Shown piece after piece: positions 11,771 to 23,700 of a stretch of 64,000 nt of DNA (positions are counted from its first letter, which is position 1; every line of letters starts with the position of its first letter). A program made the translations under genes and the position numbers. The stretch comes from Felis catus (lineage: Eukaryota). Under the pieces are notes generated by a model. It saw only the letters and a list, made by a program, of their open reading frames with translations. It ran no database searches and was not told the DNA's origin. The stretch lies in assembly GCF_018350175.1 (NCBI RefSeq), contig NC_058373.1, forward strand, positions 110,796,001-110,860,000, given 5' to 3'.

Positions 11771-14142
11771 CTCTTGGTTGGTATGCTTTGTCTCAGCCCC
11801 AGGGGGACTCCTGGGCATGGGCATGACTTTGAGAATGGGAGCTTGGTTTGCAGGCAGATGACTACCTTCAACCAGAGGAAATTTCTCCAAGGAGAAGAGA
11901 TGCTTTCGTTTCTGTGTTCACAGGGCAATGGGGTCTCTAAAGAGTGACCCTCAGAAGGCACCCCTTAGAGATTAATCTCCCTGAGAGAGAATGTTGTGGG
12001 GGGAGGGGGGCTGTGGCTAATCTACTTTAAAACTGACCTGGCTGGCTGTGAAATCCATCAGGGACTTGGGCCTTTGCCATTTAGCATCCCCTTAGGGGCC
12101 GACTGACCCCAGGTTTGATCTGGGAAAGGTCTTAGGCCGTGAGTTTCTGCCCCATTATTCCAGCTGCTACTGACTGCGGGGAGTGGGGAAGGGGGGGGGG
12201 TGGGTGCCTGACAGTGCAGCAGGCTTTGAAGGACACCAGAGTCCCACAGGACTGAGGGTTAAGGGCTGGGGCGGAGTTTGGATCTGTGTCTTTCTTTGTG
12301 CTGAAATGACACAGCGTTACCCTGCGGGCTGGTTTTGTAGAAAGGCCTAGTTGGTTAATTTTAAAGGCTCTTTTGAGGAGGGAGGAAAAAGGAGCAATGT
12401 TGCATTTCCCAAGGGGCTTTCCTCTGCGATGCTCAGAGTTTCACCAAGATGAGCTTGTTAATTAATCCTCCCTTGTTGTGCCTGGAAGGGAGGGAGAAGG
12501 CTGGAATGGCCTCAGCGCTGCCACTGTGTCCTTACCCGCACAATGAGAGGCTCCTTCCTATAGATTGCAGAGGAGGTGACACCCCTCCCCCTGCCCAAGC
12601 TGAGACCTTCTGTGGCAAAGTGCTGTGCTGGAGAGGGTCCTTGCTGGGCTCTTGATTTTCAGCTCAGGAGAAGCACTGGTTTGTTCATCATTTTCCATTT
12701 GCCAGATCACCTTTAAGGCCCCTGAGCTTAGGTCACTTACAGTCTAGAGGAGGGGATCTCACACTAGTCACAGTCACACAGGGGGTGTAAGGGTAATCCT
12801 GGGGTGCTGTAGGAGTAGGTAGAAGGGGGCCTCCAGGTTTGTATTCTGGGGAGGTTTCTAGAAAGAGGGCTGGCTTCTAATCTGAAACCTGAGGGTTGGG
12901 TATAAGTGACACAGGTTGGGGGGTGGTATGACGTGGGGTAGATGGAGAGGAATTAATGTCCAGGCAAACAGAACATTTGCAAAAGCAAGAGCTCAGGGCT
13001 ACTTGCTGCAGGTTGGGGCAGAGGCACAGAAAAGCAGGGGGAAATTCAAGGTTACCGGAGTGAGGCCACCTTCTAGATCCTTCTCATAGCTGTGAAGAGC
13101 TCTAGGCTGTGGTCTAGTAATTTCTGAGCCCTAGAACTAGGGGTGAAGACTTTGCGTCATTGGTAATGAGAGTGATGTTCTAGAACTTTGTTCCTGTGGA
13201 AACAGAAATACACGTTCTGGGAAGTGGTGCTGGCGAGCTGCAGTCTTCTGGGGTTGGAGTGGAATGTTCCTCTCCTTCCCAGAGGCCATAGCCCCTCCCA
13301 GACTTACTGCTCCAGGTTGGCCTACCTGTGAACAGTACCACCTACCTGCTCAGGAATAAAGTCCACCCGGGGCTGTATTTGCCTTACCTGGGAGCAGTTT
13401 CCTGCTTGCTGGCCTTCCTGACTTAGCTGTGCTAAAGGGAATTTAGGGAGACTCATCGGTGGCTCAGCCTTGGGGCATTTCCTGGGAGCTGGGGTGAGTC
13501 AGGGCCTGTGCCAGGTGCTGGGGGTTGGGGAGCCTTCGTACTATCTCCTCTGCCTTCCCTGTCAGTATCCAGAAGGTTTCAGATTCATGGTGAAGCCGCT
13601 GGTGCCCCAGAGATGGAATCCCAAGGAGATTCTTACTCTCTGGCGTGTGTGTTGTCTTAGATTATAAAGAGCAAGATCTTTATCTGCCCTTGCTGGTGAC
13701 CCCGGCACAGGTCCCGAAAAGTGGGCGCTTGGGAAGTGCTTTTTGACAATTGCTGTTATCATCACTGTTCTGATGAGTTATGGAGTCCTTGCTTCATGCC
13801 AGGCACCGCGCTCAGACCTGTACGTGTAGCAGGTCACTGCATCCTCGTGGACACAGCCCTTGGGTAGGTGCTGAGATGCTGAGGTTCTGAGAGGCTGGGA
13901 GCTTTGCCAGGGCAGTGGGGCCGGGCTTGGGATTCCATCCGAAGGCACCCTCACTGCTGCTATGGTGGGGATGTCCTCTCTGCTTTTCTGGGGATCGGGT
14001 TTCTGAGCCCTGTATTGTCCTTGGATGTGGTTTGCCCATCCTCACCCTGGGAAAGCTTGGAGCCAGGAAGGCATGTTACCTGGGCCTCCTTGTGCCTGTT
14101 GGCAGATTCCGAGGGAAAGGACCCCCTCCACATTCAGAGCTG

Positions 14143-14378
14143 TTGTTTTTAACATTGTGGTGAAATACACAGACATAACATTTCCATTGTAACCATTTTT
14201 AAGTGTGTGGTGTTTCAGTGGCATTAAGTACATTCCCAGTGTTGCTCATCTGTCACCACCATCATCCCCCGGACTTGATTACCTCGCAAAATGGAAACTC
14301 CGTACCCATTAAATACTAACTCCGCATTCCCTCCTCCCCCAGCAGCCACCCTTTTCCCTTCTGTTTCTGTGAAGATTC
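14143..14378 (-). mobile_element. L1 3'UTR fragment (L1MB-like) just upstream of the PLEKHG3 acceptor
   Basis: aaccatttttaagtgt...ttcagtggcattaagtacattc...gaaactccgtacccattaaa. Confidence 0.8.
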
Positions 14379-14448
14379 CAAGGTTCAATTCTTTGTCTGT
14401 CCCGCCCAGAATCTCTCCGGAGTGCCCTCTCCAGGCAGCGATGCCAGG

Positions 14449-14796
14449 ATGCCTGTCTCTGCCTCTCTCCGCCAAGAGCGCAGCCAGGAACGGCCGGTGA
14501 GCCTGACCTCCACCACCTCCTCGTCGGGTTCATCCCGTGACAGCCGCGGTGCTATGGAGGATCCCAATGGCTCCGAGGCTTCTGCTGAGAACGGGGCAGG
14601 CTCCCCGCGCGGCCGGCATCCCCCCAACGGCAACCCCAACTCCAGCGGCTGGCTGAGCGTGAGGGGGCCCCTGTCTCCGTTCAGCAGCCGGGCCCCGGCG
14701 GCCCCAGCACATAAGCTCAGCTACCTGGGCCGAGTGGTGCGGGAGATCGTGGAGACGGAGCGGATGTATGTGCAGGACCTGCGCAGCATCGTGGAG
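14449..14796 (+). CDS. PLEKHG3: PLEKHG3 first canonical coding exon (exon starts at 14410, 39-nt leader)
   Basis: Acceptor ctttgtctgtcccgcccag|AAT at 14409/14410, ATG 14449 with A at -3, donor GAG|gtgagg. Confidence 0.93.
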
Positions 14797-17700
14797 GTGA
14801 GGCCCGCCACCCAAGGGGCTGAGGTTGGGAGGGGGCCCGGCCTCTGGCTCCTGGTAGCCCAGCTCTGTTGTAAACCTGCTTCCACCCCTGGAAGGAAACT
14901 TCTCCCTGATAGTTGGTTTCAGAAGACCTGCTTCCCATGGAGTAGTGGGGAGGTCTCATGCGGCCTGCTCTGGGGGAGCCTCTGACCGCTCCCACTGCCT
15001 TACAACTTTGGGTCACATCAGTAGCCCGGGCCCACAGAACCTCCTGCAGGCCATTAGGGGGCAGGCACGGTTGGTGGGGAGGGGTGGGGACTGCTGTACT
15101 CATGGAAACTGATCACAGTGAGGACACTGGCCTGGATGTTGCCCACCTGTGCCCAGATCCCTGCTCTGTGGTTGCCTGGCTATGGGGTCTCAGGCACCTG
15201 GGTAAGCTCCTGAGCCTCGGGTTCCTCACCTGGGACGTGAAGACGCACCCACCTCGTAGGGCCATGTTGGTGAGGCATTTCACACTGCGGGCACGCAGGA
15301 AGGTGGCTGTGTGGCTGCCACTGAGGACGCCCTCTGCTCGCTGCAGAGGGAACTGTGTATTTGTTTCCGGGGCTGCTGTAATAGATAACCTCAAGCTGCG
15401 TGAGTAAAACGCAGACACTTAGTCTGTCTTCGTTTAGGAGGCAGAATGCGTTGCACGCCTCTCTCCTGGCTTCTGCCAGGTGGTTGCTGCCTATCCTTTG
15501 TGTTCCTTGGCCTGTTGATCTATTATCCCGACCTCTGCCTCCACCTTCCTATCGCTGCCTTCTTTGTGTCCTTTCCTCTTGTGAGGACACCAGTCATTGG
15601 AGTTAGGGCCCACCCTAAATCCAGTAGGATATCGTCCTGAGATCCTTGACTCATTACATCTGCAAAGACTCTATTTCCAAGTGAGGTCACCTCCTGAGGT
15701 TCTGAATGGATATCAGTTGGGGGGCGGGGAACTATGCAGCCCAGTACGGTAGGCCATGTCTGTGAAGTCACACTGTGGTTGTACAGAAATGGGGTGTGGC
15801 TGGAGGAAGTGGGGGGACGGACTGTACCGGGGGGCAGGGTGGAGGATGGGCTCTGATGCCTCCCTCCACGCAGGACTACCTCTTGAAGATCATTGACACG
15901 CCTGGGCTGCTGAAGCCAGAACAAGTCAGCGCCCTCTTTGGGAACATAGAAAACATCTATGCACTGAACAGGTATGGAGTGGGACTAACACATACTGCGT
16001 TCTGCCTATGAGGCCCATCTTAGGGCCTAGAAGGGCCCTGGATGGGCCTAGTCTCCTGGGCTGTGACATGTGGGCCAGGGGCCTGATCACTGAGGGTGGG
16101 TGGGTAGTGGTGCTCTGCCCCTGTAAGGTGCTACAGTCAGCTCCCTGTAGGAGAGAGGGGGTGTGGGGTCATGTGCCCTGGGGCTGCTGTGCCTCCTGTC
16201 AGGCGGGGGAGACCATCTGAGGTCATGTGCATGTTGGGGCCAGACTGGGCCAGGCCAGCACCCCCTCAGGGAATGGCTGGACTCTGGTATGTGATGCTCT
16301 TCTCTCTGTCCCTTTGTGGCCCTTTGTCTCTTCCATCTTTCTCCCCTTCTTGCACATCCCTTAACTTCTTCATCACCTTCCTGCTGACCCCATGGGAAAC
16401 CAGGGCTCCCTGGAGGTGATCTGACCCATTAGGTGAATGAACAGATCAGGCGAAAGGGGAGGCTGAGTGAGGTCTGGCAGGAGGCTACTTCAGGGCAAAG
16501 GGACTCCTTGAGGATATGGCGTGTGCTGCCGGGGGCCCACAGATTCCCCAGGGCGAGGGAACTGGTCGGGGGGAGTGTGCTTAAGGGGACAGCATTGATA
16601 GGATATAGGGCCCTCTGAGATGGCTGAGAGACTTCCTGCAGTGCAAGCTTCAGAAGGCCGGGAGGGCAGGGTGACTTGGGCCAGGTGCTGGTGGGGGTTG
16701 GTAAGACAAATGCATGGGAGGAGGTGACAGGGGAGCATTGTGGTTAGGGTTTCCCATAGCATCCCAACCCGAATCCAAGTTCAGGCTCTGGGACTCCCCC
16801 TCTCTCCCTTTCCTGCATCCTTTTGCACCGGGGTGTGTGTGTCGGGGGCCTTTGCTTACTTTGGGAATCCCAGCCCTCTTCTCCCCGCCCCCCCGCCCCC
16901 CCCCCCGCCCTTTAATCTCAGTCTGTGTGTGTTTGACTCCTTCTGCTTGCAGAGGAGCTGTCTCTCCTCCCAAGGTGGGTACTCGCATCCCCTTTCTCTT
17001 GCTTGCTGAGCATGTGGGGCTCCTTTGCTCCCCATCTTTGCAGCAGTGCTGAATACTCTGTGGTTGCTGGCCTGCATGGGGCTCATTCTGAGGGGGGAGA
17101 AGCCCTGACTCTTTGGCGTGTCACCAGGGCTGGCTGTGTATCTGGGAACCATGAGGTTGGGGAGGGGACTTGTTGGTAGGTATGGAGGCTGTGAGCTGTC
17201 TAGGGTCTGACGACCACTCCCCCCTCCCCCAGCCAGCTACTCAGAGACCTGGACGGCTGCAATAGTGACCCTGTGGCTGTGGCCAGCTGCTTTGTGGAAA
17301 GGGTAAGAAGGGCTGGGTTCTTGCCTCTTGTCCCACCTTGCTGGGGACTCAGAGGCATAGGAACGCCCAGCAGAGGCTTCTGCCAGGGGAAGGAGGGGCG
17401 TTCTGGGGTGCCTCAGGTGGGAGGGGCATTCTGGGGTGGAGCCAGGGGCTGCTAGGTGGATGGGGTGTCCCAGGGAGATGGGCACAAGGATGGATCTGCA
17501 GGTGTTCAGGGAATGGGGGGCAGAGTGTACTCTGGGGATCAGGGCCATGTTTTTGGTATTCCCAAGTTTGCAGCCTCCCAGAAATCACTATTTTTGTTCG
17601 GTCTCTTAGAGCCAAGAGTTTGATATCTACACCCAGTATTGCAACAACTACCCCAAGTGAGTAATTGGGGTGGAGAGGGGAGGTAGAGTTATTTGGTGGG

Positions 17701-20700
17701 CCTGGAGCACCACACGCCCCCATCTAGGCCTTCCCAGGCAGTGACGGCCGCCTCCCCACCTCCCAGCTCAGTGGCCGCCCTGACCGAGTGCATGCGGGAC
17801 AAGCAACAGGCCAAGTTCTTTCGGGACCGGCAGGAGCTGCTACAGCACTCTCTGCCCTTGGGCTCCTACTTGCTGAAGCCCGTCCAGCGCATCCTCAAGT
17901 ACCACCTGCTGCTCCAGGTAACCCAGAGGTCTTCCTGAGGATGGGGGGCCCAGGGGAGGGGCAGGGCCTGAGTCTGGGCCGCCTGAGCACCTGTCTCCCG
18001 CACAGGAAATCGCCAAACATTTTGATGAAGAAGAAGACGGCTTCGAGGTGGTGGAGGATGCCATTGACACCATGACCTGCGTGGCCTGGTACATCAATGA
18101 CATGAAGAGGAGGCACGAGCATGCAGTCCGGCTCCAGGTGCTGCAGGGCTGGCGGCTGGAGGGACTCGCAGGGGCGGTGGGGCGAGGTGGGGTGGCGCTT
18201 GGGAGAGCGCCTGCTGCGGTGAGCTGAGGGCTCGTTTCCCTGTGGGGTGGGCTTCTCTGTGGGGAGCCCTTGTGGCAGCGTGTGTCTGGCGGATGCAGGT
18301 GGTAGCTGTGTCTGCAGGAGTTTTCTGGGGCTCCACGCAGTCCCTAGAGTGTCATGAGCAGCCTGACTCTGGGGCTCCCTGCTTCTCTGCTGCAGGAGAT
18401 TCAGTCACTGCTCATCAATTGGAAGGGACCAGACCTGACCATCTATGGGGAGCTCGTCCTGGAGGGCACGTTCCGCGTGCACCGCGTGCGCAACGAGAGG
18501 ACCTTCTTCCTCTTTGACAAAGCTCTGCTCATCACCAAGAAGCGAGGCGATCACTTTGTCTACAAGAGTCATATCCCGGTAACCAGGCTGCTGTCCTGTT
18601 CTCTGCCCCTCCACTCCTTCTCCACTTCCCCCATTTTAGTGGGCCAATCTCCAGACCCCTTTTTTTTTTTTTTTTTTTAAAGATTTTGTTTTTGGGGTGC
18701 CTGGGTGGCTCAGTCAGTTGAGTGTTGGACTCTTGATTTTGACTCAGGTCATGATCCCGGGGTCATGGGATGGAGCCCCGAGTTAGGCTCCACACTGGGC
18801 GTGGAGCCTGCTTGGGATTCTCTCTCCCTCTCCCTCTGCTCTCTCTCTTAAAATAAAAATAAATTAATTAAAAAAAAAAGATTTTATCTTGAAGTAATCT
18901 CTCCACCCAGTGTGGGACTCGAACCTAAAACTCCAAGATCAAGAGTCACATGCTTTACTGACTGAGTCAGCCAGACGGCCCCAGGCTGTACTTCTTGACC
19001 TCTTCATGGGCTCCGGGTTGGTGTGGATACAGCTCTATCCTTCTGAGATTACTCCTCCTGCCTCCCCAGATGGTCTCGAGGGGCTGGGGCCCCAGGTCAC
19101 CCCCACCCCCCAATGCCCCTTCTTGTGCTTGACTGCACTCTCTCTCTGCCCCAGTGCTCCTCCCTGATGCTGATCGAAAGCACCAGAGACTCCCTGTGCT
19201 TCACCGTCACCCACTACAAGCACAGCAAGCAGCAGTACAACATCCAGGTGAGGGTTGGGAGGCTGGGGACAGACCTCTCAGCTCGCTTGGCTCTACTGAG
19301 CCTCAGTGTCTCTCTCTGGAAGGTAGAGATCATTGTGGACATCTCTCAGGCTTGTGTTGGGGAGTTAAGATAACCTCACAGAGGCCCCAGCACAGGCCAT
19401 CTTTCTGCCGCTGCCCCCCTGACAAGCGTGGCCTATGTTGGATGGCTTCAGGCTTGTGATAATAACACCTGGCTCCCTCTCCCTCGGGTCCTTCCAGGCC
19501 AAGACAGTGGAGGAGAAACGGAGCTGGACTCACCACATCAAGAGGCTCATCCTGGAGAACCACCACACCACTATCCCCCAGAAGGTGAGGTCCGGGGGGT
19601 ACCCCACCTAGCCCCTGATGGGCTGCAGGGAGAGGTGATCCTCAGCCAGGGCCAGGGGCCCACCAGTGCCTCACCCTCTGGACGTTGGCTCCACTCGACA
19701 GTGGGGATCAGCCTATGCCCTCGACCTCAGCATAGCACTGCGGGTGTCCCGGTGCAGTAAGAGCCGAGCTGGTGGAGCAAGGGAGGCACGGCACATAGTG
19801 AGGTGGGAACAGGGTGTGTTTCCTTTCCTTCCAGGCCAAGGAAGCCATCTTGGAAATGGACTCCTACTGTAAGTGTGCCCTTTCTGCCTGCTTTGCCCCT
19901 CGTTGTGCACATCTCTAGGTCACGTTGCATCCTGGGGAAACTCTGCCTACTGCTTATATTGCAGGGAGCAGGGAGGATGGGAAAGGGAAGCTCCTTTTGT
20001 CAAAGGCTAGGGGTCTGCTGCAAGGTCAAGGGCATGGTCCTGTTGGCAGGTGCGACTCCTAGTGCCTCACATTCCTGGATGGAAGATGGAAGAGAAGGGA
20101 GCTCTGGAGGCTTCTGGCCCCTGGAGCTGGGGTGGGCGGCAGAGGTGTGGTCAGGTATAGTCAGAGTCTAGGCCAAGGCTGATTATGAATCTCGTGTGCA
20201 GATCCCAGTCGGTACCGCTGCAGCCCGGAGCGCCTGAAGAAGGCTTGGTCCTCCCAGGACGAAGTGTCCACCCACGTGCGGCAGGGGCGCCGGCAGTCTG
20301 GTAAGGGAAGGGCTGTGTGGGCAGAGATGCTTCCTCGGAGGACTCTGGGCCAGGAGGGGGACTGTGTGCAGCAGCATTTGGGGCTGGCTGCCACCTCTCC
20401 GGACATCTTGGGAAAGGGCAGGTCCCGGGAGGGTTGCTGGGCACATGTAGAGCACCCCCTCCCAGTGCTCCTGCTTCGGGCCCTTCTTGTGCCCCAGGGT
20501 TGGGCAGCCCACCTTTTCCCGCACCCTGGGAATGCTGGTTTACTCAGGGCTCGGTGCCCCTTAGCTTTCCCGCGACTGAAACCTTGCTCCTTGGCCACTC
20601 AGAATCCTGGAGCCCAGCCAGGAGTGACGCTCAGACATCATGGGTGATCCCCAGCCCAGTTCTGGAGCAGAGCAGAGGCAGAACGCAGGGAAAACGAGTT

Positions 20701-23700
20701 AGACGTCAAGTGGCACCAAATCCAGACAGGAAATATTTACTTTGGGTCTCAGGAAAAGTTCAGTTTTCCTCTGCTGGGTTTTCTTCCATGACTGGGCTTG
20801 CTGCTATGTACTTGGAGTTACTGGAATGAATCGTCTGTTGAAAAAGAGAGAGCCTTGCGTTTATTCTTAGCTCTGGGGGTGATAAGTGTGTGTATTCTAC
20901 GTCTGTTCGTCTGTTTGTACTCTTCAGTCAGAGGCCCAGGGACAGACTTAGCCTCAGCTGGTACCTACCAGACATAGACGAGGTGAGAGTTGGAATGAGA
21001 AATGTCTCAGAAACCCCTGGAGAGAAGATTGGGCAGTATGGGCAGCACTGGCCTGGCTTAGATCTCCGTGGTGTACTGGGCTTTGGCTGTGACCCACGGG
21101 TCCCCTGAACAACTATGTGGATTGACACGTGGGCTTTGATTTTCTGGAAGGTGGAACCAAGTGGTCTCTGGAAAGCTTTTGTGATTTTGTTTTGTTATGT
21201 GTTCCTCCCAATGGACCTTAAACCCTAGGCAAATTTGCTATGGTTGCAAAAGTTTTACGCTGTCGTATTGTTAAAAGCCCCAGACTGAGGGTGTTACTTC
21301 GTACGTTTCTGGCCCTTTGTGTTTTCCTTTTTTTCTGTAATGTTCTTTCCGCCCTTCTAGCGTTCCCCTTTAACCTGCCATAGCTTTGCATTGGAAGCTT
21401 CTGGATCATGGAGGTGATGATGGTGGTGGTGGTTGAAACAGCAGTACCGCCTGTCATAACATCAGTGTCCAAACTGCAGCTATCAAGGCACTCGGGAAAT
21501 GAGCTGTTTTAGAGCTAAGTTTCCACAAGACCGAGACTTTAGCCCGTGAACACGGACAGGGTCGTGTTCTGTTTACTTGTGTTCATACTTTAGTTTCAAC
21601 CATTATGAAACAAACATCTTTTTTTTTAAATTTTTTTTAATGTTTATTTATTTTTGAGAGAGAGAGAGACAGTGTGCAAGCAGGGGAGGGGCAGAGAGAG
21701 AGGGAGACACAGAATCCAAAGTGGGCTCCAGGCTCGGAGCTGTCGGCACAGAGCCCGACGTGAGGCTCAAACACTGGGATCCTGACCGGAGCTGAAGTCA
21801 TACACGTAACTGACTGAGCCACCCAGGCACCCCGAAACAAACATCTTTCTAAAACAAAGGCTCTTGAGCCTTTCAGGGTAGAGGATGCTGACCACAGTTG
21901 AACTTTCCCCTTTCTGGAGACTGCTGCGGCCTGTGAACCGCTAGGGCAATGGCGTTCGTCGTGTGGTGTCCGTCCTTACCCCGGAGCGTTGGTTCTCGTC
22001 TGTGGTAGTGTGCTCGCCTGTAGCTCTTCTCCCCACTTGTGTTGTTTGAAATCAGCTGACTGAACTTGTAAGAAGTGTGGGTAAAGACAGGCCGGCAAGG
22101 GGCCCCTGGCCGTCTCAGTCGGTGGAGCATGTGACTCTTGATCTTGGGGTCATGAGTTTGAGCCCCATGTTGGGTGTAGAGAGTATTTTATTTTTTATTA
22201 AAATAATTTTTTTTTGAGTTTATTTTGAGGGGGAGAAAGAAAGCGTGCGTGACAGGGGCAGAGAGACAGAGAGACAGAGAGAGAATCCCAAGCAGGCTCC
22301 ACACTGTCAGCACGGAGCCTGACGCAGGGCTTGAACTCCTAAATCAAGGGTCGGTCGCTTAACCGACTGAGCCATCCAGGCACCCTGGGTGTAGAGATTA
22401 CTTTTAAAAAAGTGTTTAAAAAAAAAAGGAGTGGGGGGGCAGGAAGTTGCTGAGAGGGAGACACAGGCCCAGTGCTAGCACTGCCGTGACGCATGGAGCC
22501 ACCTACTCTCTTGCCTCCGGGCCTCCTCCTTCCAGACTGCTGAGCTGGGCAGAGAAGTACACTCTGGATACGGAAGGTGCTGCTGTCATTACTTGTCACT
22601 TACGAAATATTCTTGATTAGAAGCTTTAAGATGAAAGAGTAGGGCATTCTACTTTTCTCACTTAAAAAAACAGTCGGATTAACATTTACTTATGTTGTCT
22701 GTGTACCCACACCCACACCTCAGTGGAAAAAACTTCAGCGTGCTCCCCTGCTCGGGAACAGCCTGGAGACCTCGGTAGATTTTCCTTCTGCCCCCCAAGT
22801 TTATAGTGGGCTGCCCAGTTAACACCAGTGGGGCAAGAACAGTATGGGCTAAGGTCAAGACTGCGTGGAGAGGTCCCTCGACACATGTCCTCCCGTCCCT
22901 GCCTGTCTGTCTCAGGTCTGTCTCCAGAAAGGCTGGGGTACACGGTGCTGACACCATCAGCCTAATGGGTGTGTTTTGTATCTTGTTCCCAGAGCCCGGT
23001 CAGCCCCCGTTCAGCCGGGCATCACTCCCCAGCGGGCAGCGAGGCTTCACGGAGCCAGGCCTTAAGGGCCGTAGGAAGTCGGGTGCGACCTCTGCTTTCC
23101 AGCCAGGGGTGCTGCGAGGGGGCCGGGCCTCGGGTGTCGCTAATGCGCTGATGTGCTTCTTGCAGGGAGGGTGGGGCTTGAGGTAGAGCCAGGCATCTCC
23201 AGAGACGTGGCCGGTTGGTCCTAGGAGGCAGCACGGGGCTCTGGCTCCGGAACTGAGGGCCCTGGGCGAGGTGCACTAATGCAGCGATTGTGGGCAGAGC
23301 TGCTCCTGGTGCTGGCTGGGGGTGGCCCGGGCCCTGCTTCCCTGTGCGGTAGGTACGGAGCCCCAGAGCTGAATGGCAGCCAAGCTGGAGGGAACTTTGA
23401 GCTGGTGGTGTCGGTGGCGCTGTGAGCATGGGACCAGGGCCAGGCACCGCTGTTTCCAGGCCTGCACTGACTGTCCATTCGCTTCCCTTCTCAGAGCCCA
23501 CCAGACACCTGCTCAGGCAACTCAGTGAGAAAGGTGAGTGTGAGCATGGCCGGGCCTTCCCGGCAAGCTCTAGGGTAGGGGCAGGGAGGTGACACAGGTA
23601 GCCTTCTGGGTGGGGGTACTGAGGACAGTTTAGAGGGGACGCTGCCTCCCTTCCTCCTTCCTCCCTGGAGGTGGGCCTCATCCCTTGCTGTCTGGGGAGG

